Origin: Trichosphaerium sp. ATCC 40318
Lineage: Eukaryota; Protista; Tubulinea
Reading direction: 5' to 3'
NCBI GenBank assembly: GCA_038496445.1
Contig: JALMLS010000627.1
Location: 186,001-250,000 of the forward strand
DNA length: 64,000 nucleotides
In this document: positions 1-12,301 of the stretch, piece after piece
Position numbering within the stretch: the first letter of the stretch is position 1
How the letters are laid out: the number at the start of each line of letters is the position of its first letter
Position numbers and translations under genes: made by a program
The notes under the pieces: generated by a model
Told to the model about the DNA's origin: nothing
Database searches by the model: none
What the model saw: only the letters and a program-made list of their open reading frames with translations

Positions 1-97
1 TGTTTGCTATAGGCTGTTTGGTGAGTGATTATGCCTGAATTAGCCCACCTCCTTTCCTCTAAAACGTCCATAAAACGCAAGCTGTCCAACCATTCTA

Positions 98-871
98 TCA
101 ACACATTCTGCCAGACACATAATTAAATTTTCCTTGTAAGGTTCCATCTCCATTCCATGTTGTAAACTCTCCTTCCTTCTTACCATCAACATAATGACAA
201 TGTGTCCAAAGCTGACCATCGTAATACCAATTCATATATTCTCCTTCAATTTTACCATTAACGTATGTACACTGTTTTTCTAACTGACCATCAATATGCC
301 AGTGCCTGTAAACTCCTTCTCTTTTACCATTATCATAACAACATTTCTCTTCATAATTGCCATTAGTATGCCATCTGGTATACTCTCCATGTATTTTACC
401 ATCAACATAATTACTATTCAATTGTATTTGATTGGTAGGATACCAACGCTTGTAACTTCCTTGTAGTTTACCATTGACATAATTACATTGTTCCCACACT
501 CTTCCATTTGCATACCAACGGTTACTCTCTCCTTCTTGTTTACCATCTACATAATGGCATTGTGTCAATACTTGTCCATTCTCATACCAAGTAATTGACT
601 CTCCATCACGTTGACCGTGTTTCCAATACTCTTTGGATACAAGGTGTAGGTTTGAGATGTTAAAGAACTCAACTTCTTTTTTTTTAAGCCATTTACTGTG
701 TTTCTTCAAATCGTAATCAAACCTTGTTGTAATGGCAGCTTGTTTTGATAATAGAGGCCATTTTTTATATATCTCAAAGTCCAAGTCAATGATATCGAGA
801 TGTATTTCCAGTGGAAGAAGCAGGAGACCATTGATATTTCCCAAATTACAAAATTCGGTATTAGAGGTCAT
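98..871 (-). CDS. F-box-like + MORN-variant (MORN_2/YwqK-type) repeat protein
   Basis: N-terminal LLLPLEIHLDIIDLDFEIYKKWPLLSKQ (F-box-like), then ~7 24-aa units of type GExxxWYxNGQxxxxCxYVxGKx. ATG at 871 follows a probable 5'UTR intron (GTACGT...AAG). Paralog at 59890-60865. Confidence 0.8.
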   Translation of the reverse strand: MTSNTEFCNLGNINGLLLLPLEIHLDIIDLDFEIYKKWPLLSKQAAITTRFDYDLKKHSKWLKKKEVEFFNISNLHLVSKEYWKHGQRDGESITWYENGQVLTQCHYVDGKQEGESNRWYANGRVWEQCNYVNGKLQGSYKRWYPTNQIQLNSNYVDGKIHGEYTRWHTNGNYEEKCCYDNGKREGVYRHWHIDGQLEKQCTYVNGKIEGEYMNWYYDGQLWTHCHYVDGKKEGEFTTWNGDGTLQGKFNYVSGRMC

Positions 872-1150
872 GACCTCTTTATACAAAGGTATTTTAGAGC
901 AAAAACGCTACAATACGCCAATACGGTACGTACTAGATAGCTGTGTGCCGTATTCAGCGCTACACAGTCCACTAATCACCTTTACGTTAGGTTTACGATA
1001 ATACCACGTACAATGGAACAGTGTACAAAGCTCTGGTCAATGCTAGTACCAACGAGTCGGTCCTCTGAGACTAAGATTGACTGAAGTCAAAATACACTGT
1101 TTCAATCATTTCGAGACTTATTACAACAGCTTACTCTCCGCACTACAATC

Positions 1151-2599
1151 ATGAATTTCTTACGTATTTCAGTTGAACACGTGCTAGCATACTATCGTGA
1201 AAGCCACCGAGAAGTATTTGATAAAATTACTGAAGAACGTAAAGAAACATTTGTAAAACAACTTGAAAATACTCTAGATGACATAAATACAAGTCTCCTA
1301 AATCAGCTTGATCATTTTATTTACAACCACACTGATACCGTCATAAACGTAAAGAGTGATACGTACACAAGACATTCAGAAGGTTTAAAGCAACCAAAAT
1401 CGAAATTAAGAAGATCCAGGTATTTTTTGTTATTTTTTTGGTTTTTCGTCTTTGATCTTTCTTCTTTTTCTTCTCTTTTGTTCTCTGTTTGCTTTTTTGT
1501 ACTAACATCTTTTAGAAGAACCACGAGAACAGCTTTCATGTTTGAACCTGAACCACATATTCTTGATTTTCCAGTTGAAGTTATTTCAAACATTGTACAA
1601 AAAACTCGTGGAAAAGATAGATTTCCTGTTGCTCAATCGTGTCATCTTATGGCTGATATTATTCATGATATTGTCGGATACAAAAAGATTAAAGTTAGAA
1701 ACCTAGATGACATGTTGAGTATAAGAAAGTACAAGGGTATAATGAACAATAGTATTATTAGGCTCAGGTTCAAGAGCAGCTTGTTCTCTCTGTTATCGGG
1801 ATGTCGTAAGATTGATTCACATTTATTTACTACTTTGAAGGATGATGATCTGAAGGCTTTTGAAGGGGTTCGTTACTTCGACATGGAAGCCCACACCAAA
1901 GTGACAGCTATAGGTCTCAAAGCACTCAAAGGAGTCCACACTATTAACCTCAGTCGCTGTGCAAACTTAACAGATGAGGGCGTACAGGCACTGGCTGGAG
2001 TTCATGAAATCGATCTTAGTCAGTGCATAAATATTACTGATGAAGGAATAAAAGCATTAAAAGGTGTTCACACAATCAGTCTGTACCGTACCCATGTAAC
2101 AGACAAAGGACTTAGAGAATTAAAAGGCGTATATGATATTGGCCTCGGAAAATGTGCTTCTATAACAAATGAAGGTCTAAAAGCACTAAAAGGTGTTCAT
2201 ACCATCAGCCTTTACGAAAATTATCAAATATCAGATGAAGGCATGAAGGCACTGAAAGGTGTTCATAAAATAAACTTGTGTGGTACTTCAGTTACAGATA
2301 AAGGACTTAAACACCTAGCAGGTGTTTATGATATTAACCTTGAAAGATGTGAATATATAACAGATGAAGGTCTCAAAGCACTAAAAGGAGTTCATACTAT
2401 CAGTCTTTGTGATAATGAGCAAATTACAGATGAAGGCCTTAAGCCACTTGTAGGTGTTCATAGAATTGACCTGAATAGCACTTCAGTTACAGATGAAGGC
2501 ATAAAAATATTATACGGTGTTGACTATATTGATGTTTCCTACACTGCAGTAACTTATGAAGGTGCTCACTTTCTAGAAGGCTCATATATATGTCGTTGA
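1151..2599 (+). CDS. N-terminal helical domain + F-box + ~11 short (21/22 aa) leucine-rich repeats
   Basis: F-box ILDFPVEVISNIV...AQSCHLMADII; repeats GVHxIxLxxCxxITDEGxKALx. In-frame 96-nt intron 1420-1515 (GTATTT...TACTAAC...TTTAG). Confidence 0.85.
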   Translation: MNFLRISVEHVLAYYRESHREVFDKITEERKETFVKQLENTLDDINTSLLNQLDHFIYNHTDTVINVKSDTYTRHSEGLKQPKSKLRRSRYFLLFFWFFVFDLSSFSSLLFSVCFFVLTSFRRTTRTAFMFEPEPHILDFPVEVISNIVQKTRGKDRFPVAQSCHLMADIIHDIVGYKKIKVRNLDDMLSIRKYKGIMNNSIIRLRFKSSLFSLLSGCRKIDSHLFTTLKDDDLKAFEGVRYFDMEAHTKVTAIGLKALKGVHTINLSRCANLTDEGVQALAGVHEIDLSQCINITDEGIKALKGVHTISLYRTHVTDKGLRELKGVYDIGLGKCASITNEGLKALKGVHTISLYENYQISDEGMKALKGVHKINLCGTSVTDKGLKHLAGVYDINLERCEYITDEGLKALKGVHTISLCDNEQITDEGLKPLVGVHRIDLNSTSVTDEGIKILYGVDYIDVSYTAVTYEGAHFLEGSYICR

Positions 2600-2937
2600 G
2601 TGATCACAATAAAAAATACTGTAAGATTTGATAGCTGTTTTTTTAATCACCTTTCATTCTCGCCACATGAACTGTTTGGACGTTTACGGAATGCTATTTG
2701 TGCCACTAGCTAATGTCTAAAGTTCCCCTGTGCTGTTAGAGCCTTTATATAGGCTATTCTTCGTAATAGCACAACAAGATTCTATCCGCTGTGCCAACAA
2801 CCAGACCCATGTTTAACGGTAACATATCCATTTTTGGAAGTTGCATATGGGCGAGATAATCATTTACACTCAAACCTGGCCAGGATTAATGAGTCCGTTC
2901 GTATGTTCTCGTTTTTCGCACGTGCTTAACTTCGAAA

Positions 2938-4586
2938 TCAGTCGGATTGGTATACGTGGGTTGTTAAGCTAAGGGACAGAAAGAAATTAACAGAGGGGAC
3001 TGCTTCACATGTAGACACTAACGATCATTATACGTGAAATAGCGTAGTGAGGATGCGAATACAACATTCTCTCAAACGACTTTTCCATCATAATGGAAAA
3101 AATGATTACAGTGAATATTCTAGCAAATTACTTTTTTTTTATCATTTGACATTAGAGATCGTTATGCATGAAAGTACAGATATTTTGTAAAAATCCAACA
3201 ACAAATATTGAGTAAGATCTCTTTGATTCTATTTCACCATCCACCTAGATAAAGTTTATAAAAGAGACTAAAAAAAAAACGAAAAAAAAAACCCAATTGT
3301 TCAATTCATTTTAACTGTACCGTTGCAAGTATTGATGTTGTATCTCTCTTTGTAAGAACTAATGATAGATGACGTACATCTAAATCTATGTAACCAGCTG
3401 CACTCCTAAACGTACAAGTAAGAATCGACGTTTTCAAAAACAAAAATAAAATAGAAGTCAGCGCAGAAACAAGGCATAGCTGTTGCTTTCAACGCACATG
3501 TAAGCTACATTTCTGAATAACGTTATTCCTGTTGCTATTGAATCGTGCACATCAAACGGTCCTGCATCCGGAGATAGATTAAATATTCTTATCGAAGCTT
3601 CACCCTACATTAAAATCAGTACCATCATGACAAAACCAAAAACAACAAGACTCTCAACAAACGTTAGAACCGTTACCAACTAAGAAAAGGTTAAAACAAT
3701 ATTCTTTGATACAACACACTGTATAGACTATATGAGTATATCTAGAATTAGGTTAACCTTACTTAACCTTTGTTGGAAACGCTCCAAACGAGGTTGATGA
3801 ACAATTCTCTTTAGCTGAAAAAAAAAGTTGCTAATCTTTTTCCATACAGGTACTGGTTCATGTGTTTCATCTACGAAAGCCTTGACTATAATAGATTGCT
3901 TGAAATTCCCTTTTTTTCGGTTAAAACAACTCTAAACAATTCTTCTTTGAAAGAAACATACCCATCAGTGCCAATGTGTATGGCCTGTATCTATCAATTT
4001 CTATACTGTAAAAGTAGTGAGATACAAAATTTCAAGTGTATATCATTAATAAACATACCTTCCATTCGCCAGTATAGAAGAGTTTTGTCCTGATGCATAT
4101 ACCTAACGACAATACAGTTGAGACTATGACTTATACTTTATATTCATTGCTCTTAGCATACCTTGATGGTGTACTGTCCTTTTTCTAACGGTCTGTAGTA
4201 GGTGACTTGTTTGAAATCAAGGCCAGAATATAGCTATAAAAAAACGATGGTTAAACCCGAAAATGCCGATATTGGCGTTTTTAGAAGTGAACATAGTGCT
4301 GAATCTTCATATGACTTTTTTGACATTTGAACATTCGTGTACACGGTCATTATTTTGTTTGTTTGATTTAAAAGTAATGCAAACAATACTTTTACCATGT
4401 AGGGCATACCTTCTCTCCATTTGCGTAGACATCAAGAGGGTCACTGCCCGCAACGGCCTGAGCGACACGTATTACGCCTCCAGACGCGTGCTATACTACT
4501 TTTACTTGATATTACTAAGTTTATCATCCACGCACGCTTAAAACAGCTAATAATACTCCTAGTATAATGAACTGGTATGTTTGCAT
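2938..4586 (-). CDS. Secreted tandem DUF4397-domain protein (multi-exon, absent from ORF track)
   Basis: Spliced product MQTYQFIILGVLLAVLSHASGGVIRVAQAVAGSDPLDVYANGEKLYSGLDFKQVTYY...GEASIRIFNLSPDAGPFDV...LFRNVAY...SYSIFVVG; signal peptide; GT-AG introns keep frame. 3' end approximate. Confidence 0.75.
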
Positions 4587-5120
4587 ACTTCGAACTGTTA
4601 TAGGCTGAAAGGGATCACGTTTTGACTTTTTATTGAAAAGGTTTTTTTCAAAAAACTGCACGTGCGCAAACCTCGCGTGGAATAAGTTGTCCAAAGTCCA
4701 AACTTTAACTCAATTGCAATAACGTAAATAAACTATGCGGCTACGTGTTTTGTTTTGCTGCTATTCAAGCTCCATGAGCTGAAGTTCTACACCTTGAACT
4801 ACGACACTCAATCTTTATCTCATGGTGAGTAAATCTATGGTACAAAAGATTGAGTCTTAGCTTTTGTCTAAAGTAAACGATATTTCCGTTTATGACCAAG
4901 CGCTTGTTAATATCACGTGTTTTGGCAATGACACGTTCTATTGACAATAATTTTACTGTGAACAGCTGTAAACCTGAACACTGAATACAATCGCGTTGAA
5001 TTAAACGTCAGTCTTATTGATATTTTTTCCGATTTGTTCTAAACCAAATACGACTATTTTCTTTGACGAAGACTAAATTGGACAGGTAAAAGTGGATTTT
5101 ACGTACAAAACGTAACAGAA

Positions 5121-7001
5121 ATGAGCGAGCCTAAACTTATAAACCCTTTTGAGAGCCTTGTAATTCAAGAACCCGTTAAAGGTAACGTTTTACGTTAACG
5201 CTTTTAAAATATGGTCTAAACTGGCTTAGAAAATGGTATGGCAAAGGAACCGTGCCCTATTTGCGGCCTGACGTTCAGTGATGATCAAATTACACAACAT
5301 GTAAATTTGTGTATTGATGAATACACTGCCAAGGAGCTTCAGATGGCTATATACCAAGAAGTGGGTCTATTAATCGAATTTACCCGGGTTAATATCTGAA
5401 ATAGGCTGATAGGCAGTTCCGAGAGGATATACAGATAGAATCTATTAATCCAAGCAATGTAGACGCGTTTGACTGCCCAATCTGTTTAGACTCAACAAAA
5501 ACAGGAAATGGATACGAGTATGCGATGGTCATGTGTATTGCGCCTAACTGTAAACTAGATTCGAATGTAAACATAAATATTGTGGCGAGGTAAACTAGGA
5601 AAATGCATTTTCGAGAAATCACGAAAACAGTTCGCTAAACTTTTCTTGTTAATGTATTTTTAGTGTCTCGAGGATTATTATACTTCTATGATAATGAATG
5701 GTAAAGCTGAACAACTTGTTTGTCCAGACCCATCATGCAATCGCATGTGCACGTACCAAGATGTACGTTTTTCTTTGTGGTTTTTTTTCGTTTTGAAAAT
5801 ATAGGTTGCATGTTGTGCGGTTTTGGTTGGTTACTTTATCATTAATACGACAATTTTAGGTAAGGTTTATACTACCTGATGCTATGTTTGATAAGTATAA
5901 AGAATTCATGAGGAACGCAGTGATAGACAAAGACCCAAACCAACGCTGGTAAAACTTTATTTACTTTCTAACAAATTGTTTTTACTCGCTGCAAATAGCA
6001 ATGAATACCAAACAAAACGTAACATACAAATACATGTATGCCAAACTACCAAATTTTAATATCAAAAATCACGTGACAGAAAGTCTTAATGTCAAACCGT
6101 TCAGATTCAGTTTTTTAGTAAATTTTAGAATGAAACTTCTTAACACTCATTTACAGGTGTCCTAATCCTACTGGTTGTGGTACTGTTTGTAAAGGAAATG
6201 CTGACACAACTAAAATAACATGTCCAACATGTAATTACTCTTTTTGCTTTAAATGCCAAGACACAGTACGTACTTTTTTTTTATTCTCAAGAGTGAATGG
6301 AAATCTTTAATTGCTACTGGTATTCTTTGCAAAAATAACACGTGTCTGCAGTGGCACGAAAAACGAACATGCGAGCAATATGCTAAATGGAAAATGTTGC
6401 GCACAACGCATGCAGAATGGCGCGTTGCTATATGGAAGAAGATGAACTCTAAAAGCTGTCCAAAATGTAGTGCAAATATTCAAAAACATGGAGGTGCGTA
6501 AACAAAAAGACATAATCACGTTTTTCCCCTATCTAAGATTACGCCAAAAAGGTTGTAATCACATGACATGCTCAAAGTGTAGCTTTGAATTTTGCTGGCA
6601 ATGTATGGCACAATACGAGGTACAAAGCACAAATTTCGAAGATATGAGTGTTGTTATTATTATTCTGACAAGAGGTACTGTAGGACGACCATTTTGATGA
6701 AGGTTGGTGTTGTATGTATGGTAGGGTAGCTGGAATTAATTATTTTGGACATGGCGCGAAGAGAATATGGCATAAAATGTCTGAAAGTAAGCGCTAGTTG
6801 ACAACAAAATGTGGTTTCTTTTACTCACATTGTTTTTCTTTTGTAGATTTAACACGTGTCGGAGAGATAAAAGAAAGTATAGGTGATAGATGGGAGGACA
6901 CAAAAGAATCCATGGGAGAGAAGTGGCAAGGATCAAAAGAGAAAATGTCTGAAGGAATATCACGATTTAAAAGTCTTTTTTCAAGGCAACAAAACACATA
7001 A
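5121..7001 (+). CDS. RBR (RING1-IBR-RING2) E3 ubiquitin ligase with N-terminal UBZ-type zinc finger
   Basis: Spliced exons give CPICGLTFSDDQITQHVNLC (UBZ), CPIC...CKHKYCGECL...CPDPSC (RING1), WCPNPTGC...CPTCNYSFCFKC..WH (IBR), [30 protein letters not shown] (RING2 with catalytic Cys). Confidence 0.92.
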
Positions 7002-8059
7002 ACCGGATAAATCAAGTGTCGTCCTAATGTAACATATCAATAAAAAATCTCCTCCACAAAAAACCCGACAAACAAGAATGCTCATTTACACATAAAGCGT
7101 ATTGAGCGTAAAATAAAAAGGCAAAAATCGAACATTTTTGAAAAATCAATAAATCACGTGTTTGATGGCTTTTGCATACTTCGTAGTGTTTCTAACTGTT
7201 GTGTGTAAAATAGGTGTGTAGTTATTGCAATTGATTTGTGAATAAAACCCAAATCTCCGATCGAAGAGAGTGTGTGCACATTGTGAAACCACCGCGAGCA
7301 CTGTGTGAGCTTTTTTGTTTTGTACGTTTACTGTGTGGACTGTTTTTTGAGCGGTTGCTTCCACGTGCTTGTTGTACGTTACCTTGCTTAAGGAACTGTT
7401 TACCTTCTGCACGTAAAGCCATTTTTATTTTGAAACTCTTTTTTGTTCTCCGATAGTAAAACCTTCTGCTTTACTTAGCAGCACACTATTTGTCTGTAGT
7501 GTAATGAGCGAAATTTACATAAACCGTTGTAGTACAGAGGCTTGTGTGCGTTTTTTTTTTGAGGTTTTTTTTTGATGAAGTCAAGAAACAATCAGCGCCC
7601 AAGTAATTTCGCCTGTTTGTTTTGAATTTTGTAGAGTTACTACAACTGAGCAAACAACTAGCGTTACCAATACCAGCGGTAGTATCTCCATTAATACTAC
7701 AGTGTTATGGCGTGAGCTCCAACATCTCGGTTAATAGCGCTATATACTACGAAACTCCAACGACGTACTACTTTACACAATGGCAATCAAATAAAAGCCC
7801 ATTTCAGGGTGAGTCGCAAATTTCTTCAAAACCTCTTTTCTCCCGTGCTCTTAGATGGCAAGTAAGAGGTAAGAGGTACGTTGAGATAGTACTGCGTACG
7901 ACAGGGTGCAGAAAAGGACATGTGAACCTATAATCGTGTTCATTTCATAAAGTTTTTTTTTTACTTTTTGTCCTACAAATACAACCTTGTTTTTCTTTTT
8001 TTTTATGTACATATTCCAAACGTTTATACTTTGGATGCCGCGTCAGAACGGTTTTTAGT

Positions 8060-8861
8060 TTAGTTTTTTCCAACAACGCCTTTTTCTTTATCCTTCCGTT
8101 CTACCATACGATTACGCATATATCGCGTGAATGTAGCGTTTCGTTGGCGTAAAAGAGTATTCTGTCTACGCAGCGCCATGTTCTGTTTATACATACTGTC
8201 TGCGTACGCGTATATGGTCCTCTAGGCGTAAAAAAGTTAACTTACGCTAATGAATAGGCTGTGTGATAACGTGCAAATTTTTTTTTAAGTGATTCTCTTT
8301 TAAAAGGTTGTATGACGTGACAGGTACACCACGAATACGTATAGCAACATTTTGAATGAGGAAAAAACGAATGTGTCCACTACGAAGCAGAAATGTGGAA
8401 ATTTTTACTGCAAGCTCAAATACTAGACCCCAAATACAACTTCTCATTAATGCACTTGTTCGCATGTGAAAGAGGAAGTATGGGGTTATGATTTTTTCAT
8501 CAAAAAAATGAGAATGCAGTCAACAAAAAATGTGAGACCAAAAAAAACAGCGTACCATGCGTTCTCGAAACTTCGCTGCTCTGATGTTATATTCTCTCTT
8601 GCGGTCGTATGACCATTTTTCATACCTCTGACATGCCCAATCCCATCCGTTCTCCTCTACCGCAAGCTTAAAGACGTGCATTTTATCTATCGTCGGTTCT
8701 GGTTGAATACTGAACGTATGTCTATGGGTAAAGGACTCCTCACGGTTGCGAACCGCATCCGGCTTCTGTCTAGCAGCGTTTATGGTCGTTGTGGAATTTT
8801 GGAAATCTGCCGTCGATATTGGCGTTGGTAACGTTGTATTGGGGACTGTATCGGATTTCAT
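8060..8861 (-). CDS. Divergent bZIP-like protein (2 exons)
   Basis: Exon 1 ends RKREYNIRAAKFRERM|GTACGC; exon 2 after CCTAG reads RTIYAYADSMYKQNMALRRQNTLLRQRNATF (coiled coil). Confidence 0.55.
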
Positions 8862-9296
8862 TGCGTATGGTAGGTGTGGTTACTTGCGTGATGATAACAC
8901 AAATCTATTTTTTTTTTTTCACTTTTTCAAAATTTTTACAAATATCACTTACACAAAGGCTCCGACACACGAGAACAAATTGTATGACTATGTATTCATA
9001 CGCATTAAGCACATTATAAAAAAAACCGACACACATATTTGTGTTCCTTTAGGCGCCTTGTGATCACAAATAATTTGAACGTTTGCACATTTTTTTTCAG
9101 CGAATCACATTGGTAAACGTGAACGGTCGGGTTAATACCTTTCTTTTGTTAACAACGCAAATATTTTATTGATGTACACAATGCATAGCGTATTGTTAAC
9201 AAATGTATGGTGTCATATTCGTTTTAGCATTTTATACGATGTCTTATAAGTACGTCGTAGAGCTAAATGCTTTTAAAGAAAAAAAAACCGTTCACA

Positions 9297-10762
9297 TTAA
9301 ATGACAAATGGGATTAAAATTTTCCGATGTTTTGGATAATCCGGAAACATAGCTATGAGCTTGTTATGCTTCTGTTTAGCCCATATATACATCTGACCAG
9401 CGCTTAGGACCAGGAAGAATAAGACTAAATGCTAATTAGACCGAATAATAAACGGAGAAAGGAGAATTAATGAAAAAAACAAAAATGTTCGAAAGAGAAA
9501 AATTAACTAACCTGACGGATGTATTGTTACAATAAGGAAACCAAACCAAGTCATAATTTCTCCAAAATAGTTCGCACAAGTGACATACTCGAACATGAAA
9601 CCACGTGGAATAGAACGCGTAGTTGTACCAGGTTTACGTAGATTTTTTAATGTAATATGAGCGTGGCCATTAATGTATTCTCCAATCTGAAAAATAGTGT
9701 AAGTTAAAAGAAGAAAAATCAAGTGAATTATTTTAGTAATGAGATTGTTCTTTTTTGTAGAAACAACAAATTTTTATAACATCACTTACACAGAAAATAA
9801 CTATCCCCGTCCAAAGCTGAAGCTCATTTACTACAGTTATAGATGGCATGGTAATAACGAAAAACCCAACGTACATTCCTGTATTCACATGTGAGTTAAT
9901 ACAGTTTCGCAAGTCACCACACATAACATTTCAGCTCCACAAAAAAAAAATTGTAAAATAAATTCTAAACGTACCAGCACCCCAGTAGTGCGTACAATTC
10001 TTGAACAAATTAGGCCAAACGGGCATTGTAGCGTGTGAGAATCTGTGCACGAAAAGAGTCTCAAGCACGCGCTTCACAAAGTGCAATACCCATAGTACTG
10101 TTGCAATACTAAGCACAAAAAAAAATGAGCGTCATCACAAAGAATAGTTACAAATCACGTGATTCTTTCAAAATGGTCGTTTTATGGAAGTATCAACCCG
10201 TTACTAGTTTGCTAAAACGTACTATTGTATTTGATTCAAGGACGTTGACAGTGCTAAGGCAAGCCACAATAGAATAGGGCCAGTGTACTCAACAACAAAA
10301 ACCTTTTCAACGCGAGCGTTAGCCGTTGCATAACATTACTGTATGGAGACGCACGAGTTTGTATGATATTTGCATGCCCAAATCTTTAAAGTAGACAACC
10401 CAGTAGCTGTAAGAAAATCATTTTTAATTTATGGTGTACCGGATTCTTTAAATCGAACGAAACGCTACTAAGTTGCTGTTTGTCATCCTTTAGCGCAGCA
10501 GCGCCTTTTTCTACACGCAGTTAATGTATATCGTTGCTTTACGCGAAAATACCATTGCTCAACGTGTATCTATGCCTGTTGGGTACTAGGTGACCCATTT
10601 TGTTCGGTTTAACTACAGTTCTCAAGTTACACAAACAAAAGTGCGCCAATACTTACATAGTTGCTCATACACGGCTCTTTTAAGATCAGAAACCGTATTT
10701 CCAGAGGACACTTGAACGCTACCGTAATCCCTACCGGTTCTCGACAATACTGTGATATTCAT
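9297..10762 (-). CDS. TECR: Very-long-chain trans-2-enoyl-CoA reductase (TECR/Tsc13)
   Basis: Ubiquitin-like N-terminus, [62 protein letters not shown]-terminal IPFVI. Confidence 0.93.
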
Positions 10763-11033
10763 TGCTTTTGGTCTCAGTTAAGAATTCTGGCGGGTTAATG
10801 GGCCTCTAATATGTAATTTGACGACAAAATCATGGTCAATGGCGTTTTTTAAAATGTTGGCTGTTAAAAAAAAATTGTTAATAAGATCTAGAAAGTAGCT
10901 AAACACTGTATAAAATTCAGTGAGAATACTTGCGGATAAACCAGCGCAGAACGGAAACGTTGAATTCGTGTTTGACCTTACATGACTTTTCCTTTTGTAA
11001 TTTTCATCTTTTAACCACACATCAAGGAAAAAC

Positions 11034-12301
11034 ATGGGAAGAAGTACGTTCTTGTTTTGCCTTGTATTATAAACTCAACGCGTAATTGCGTAATCAAAAC
11101 GCTTTGATCTAAACACTCGCCTTTCTTTCGAAACTTATACCTTTTCTTTAGGACCAGCAAGGTGGTACGTACCTACACGTTACATAATAGAGCGCAAAAC
11201 AAACTTTTGGGACATTTATCGCCATCAGTTTCGCAAGAAGTTTCAATTGGCCTTTTTTTCCTTTACAATCCATTATTCTTTTAGCAATTAATCTTGTATC
11301 AGTTATCGCTACTGCAAAGGACCAGCCTTTATCAAATCACGATTTTGTCGTGGTGTACCAGACCCAAAGATCAGAATCTTCGATTTGGGTAACAAAAAAG
11401 CTACCGTAGATGACTTCCCAACATGTGTCCATCTCCTCTCCCTTGAGAAAGAACAAATCTCTGGAGAAGCTCTAGAAGCTGCGCGTATCGCAACCAACAA
11501 GTACATGGTCAAAACAACTGGTGGTAAAAACAACTTCCACGGTCGTGTCCGATTGCACCCATGGCAAGTACTCCGCATTAATAAGATGCTTTCATGCGCC
11601 GGAGCGGATAGGTACGACATCAATTTCAATGACAAAACAAGCGCTAACACGCAGCAAATTGTTGTCTGCGTTGTTTTTTTTTTTTTTCGTTGTTTGTTCA
11701 TGCGACTCAATGTCTTTCTAGGCTCCAAACTGGTATGCGTCACGCTTATGGTAAACCACTAGGCACTTGCGCTCGTGTCCGTACGTACTATTTCCGCTTA
11801 CACATCATTTGTTCGACTTGAAGACGTTATTTCTTGTCATTTCTCAATTCATAAAATTCACCAAAACAAAAAGAAGTAACGCTTCATTTTACGTAAATTC
11901 TCCTTCTGATGTACTCACGTAACCTAGGCATTGGACAAATTCTCATCTCCATCCGTACTCAGGATCAATACGAAGCTAACGCCGTAGAAGCCCTCCGTCG
12001 TGCTAAGATGAAGGTTCGTATTTTTTTGCTTTTTTACTTTGTTTAAATCGAAAAAATATTGATTCTGTTTTAGTTCCCTGGTCGCCAAAAGGTAGCTGTA
12101 TCCCGTAACTGGGGTTTCACAAAATTGTCCCGCAAGGAATATGTTGAGCTTAAAGAAAAGCACCTTATCATTCCATCCGGTTGGTCTTGCAAGGTTATTA
12201 ACAACAAAGGATCCCTTTCTCGCGATGAACTCTTTGGACCTTCAGCCAAAAACTTTGATAACAGCTTGTTGCCTTTCCCTCCTGGTAAGCAACTTGCTTA
12301 A
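11034..12301 (+). CDS. RPL10: 60S ribosomal protein L10 (uL16)
   Basis: Spliced MGRRPARCYRYCK...[18 protein letters not shown]...[20 protein letters not shown]...KFPGRQK. Confidence 0.97.

Noticed and set aside
863-878. 16-bp palindrome AGAGGTCATGACCTCT over the MORN start codon
   Set aside because: Single occurrence and not present in the paralog.
1420-1515. Apparent transmembrane segment (YFLLFFWFFVF...) in the 482-aa ORF
   Set aside because: It is an in-frame T-rich intron with GT, TACTAAC branch point and TAG.
98-2599. Endogenous giant-virus segment
   Set aside because: No viral core genes (capsid, PolB, packaging ATPase); the genes have spliceosomal introns and are dispersed among host genes.
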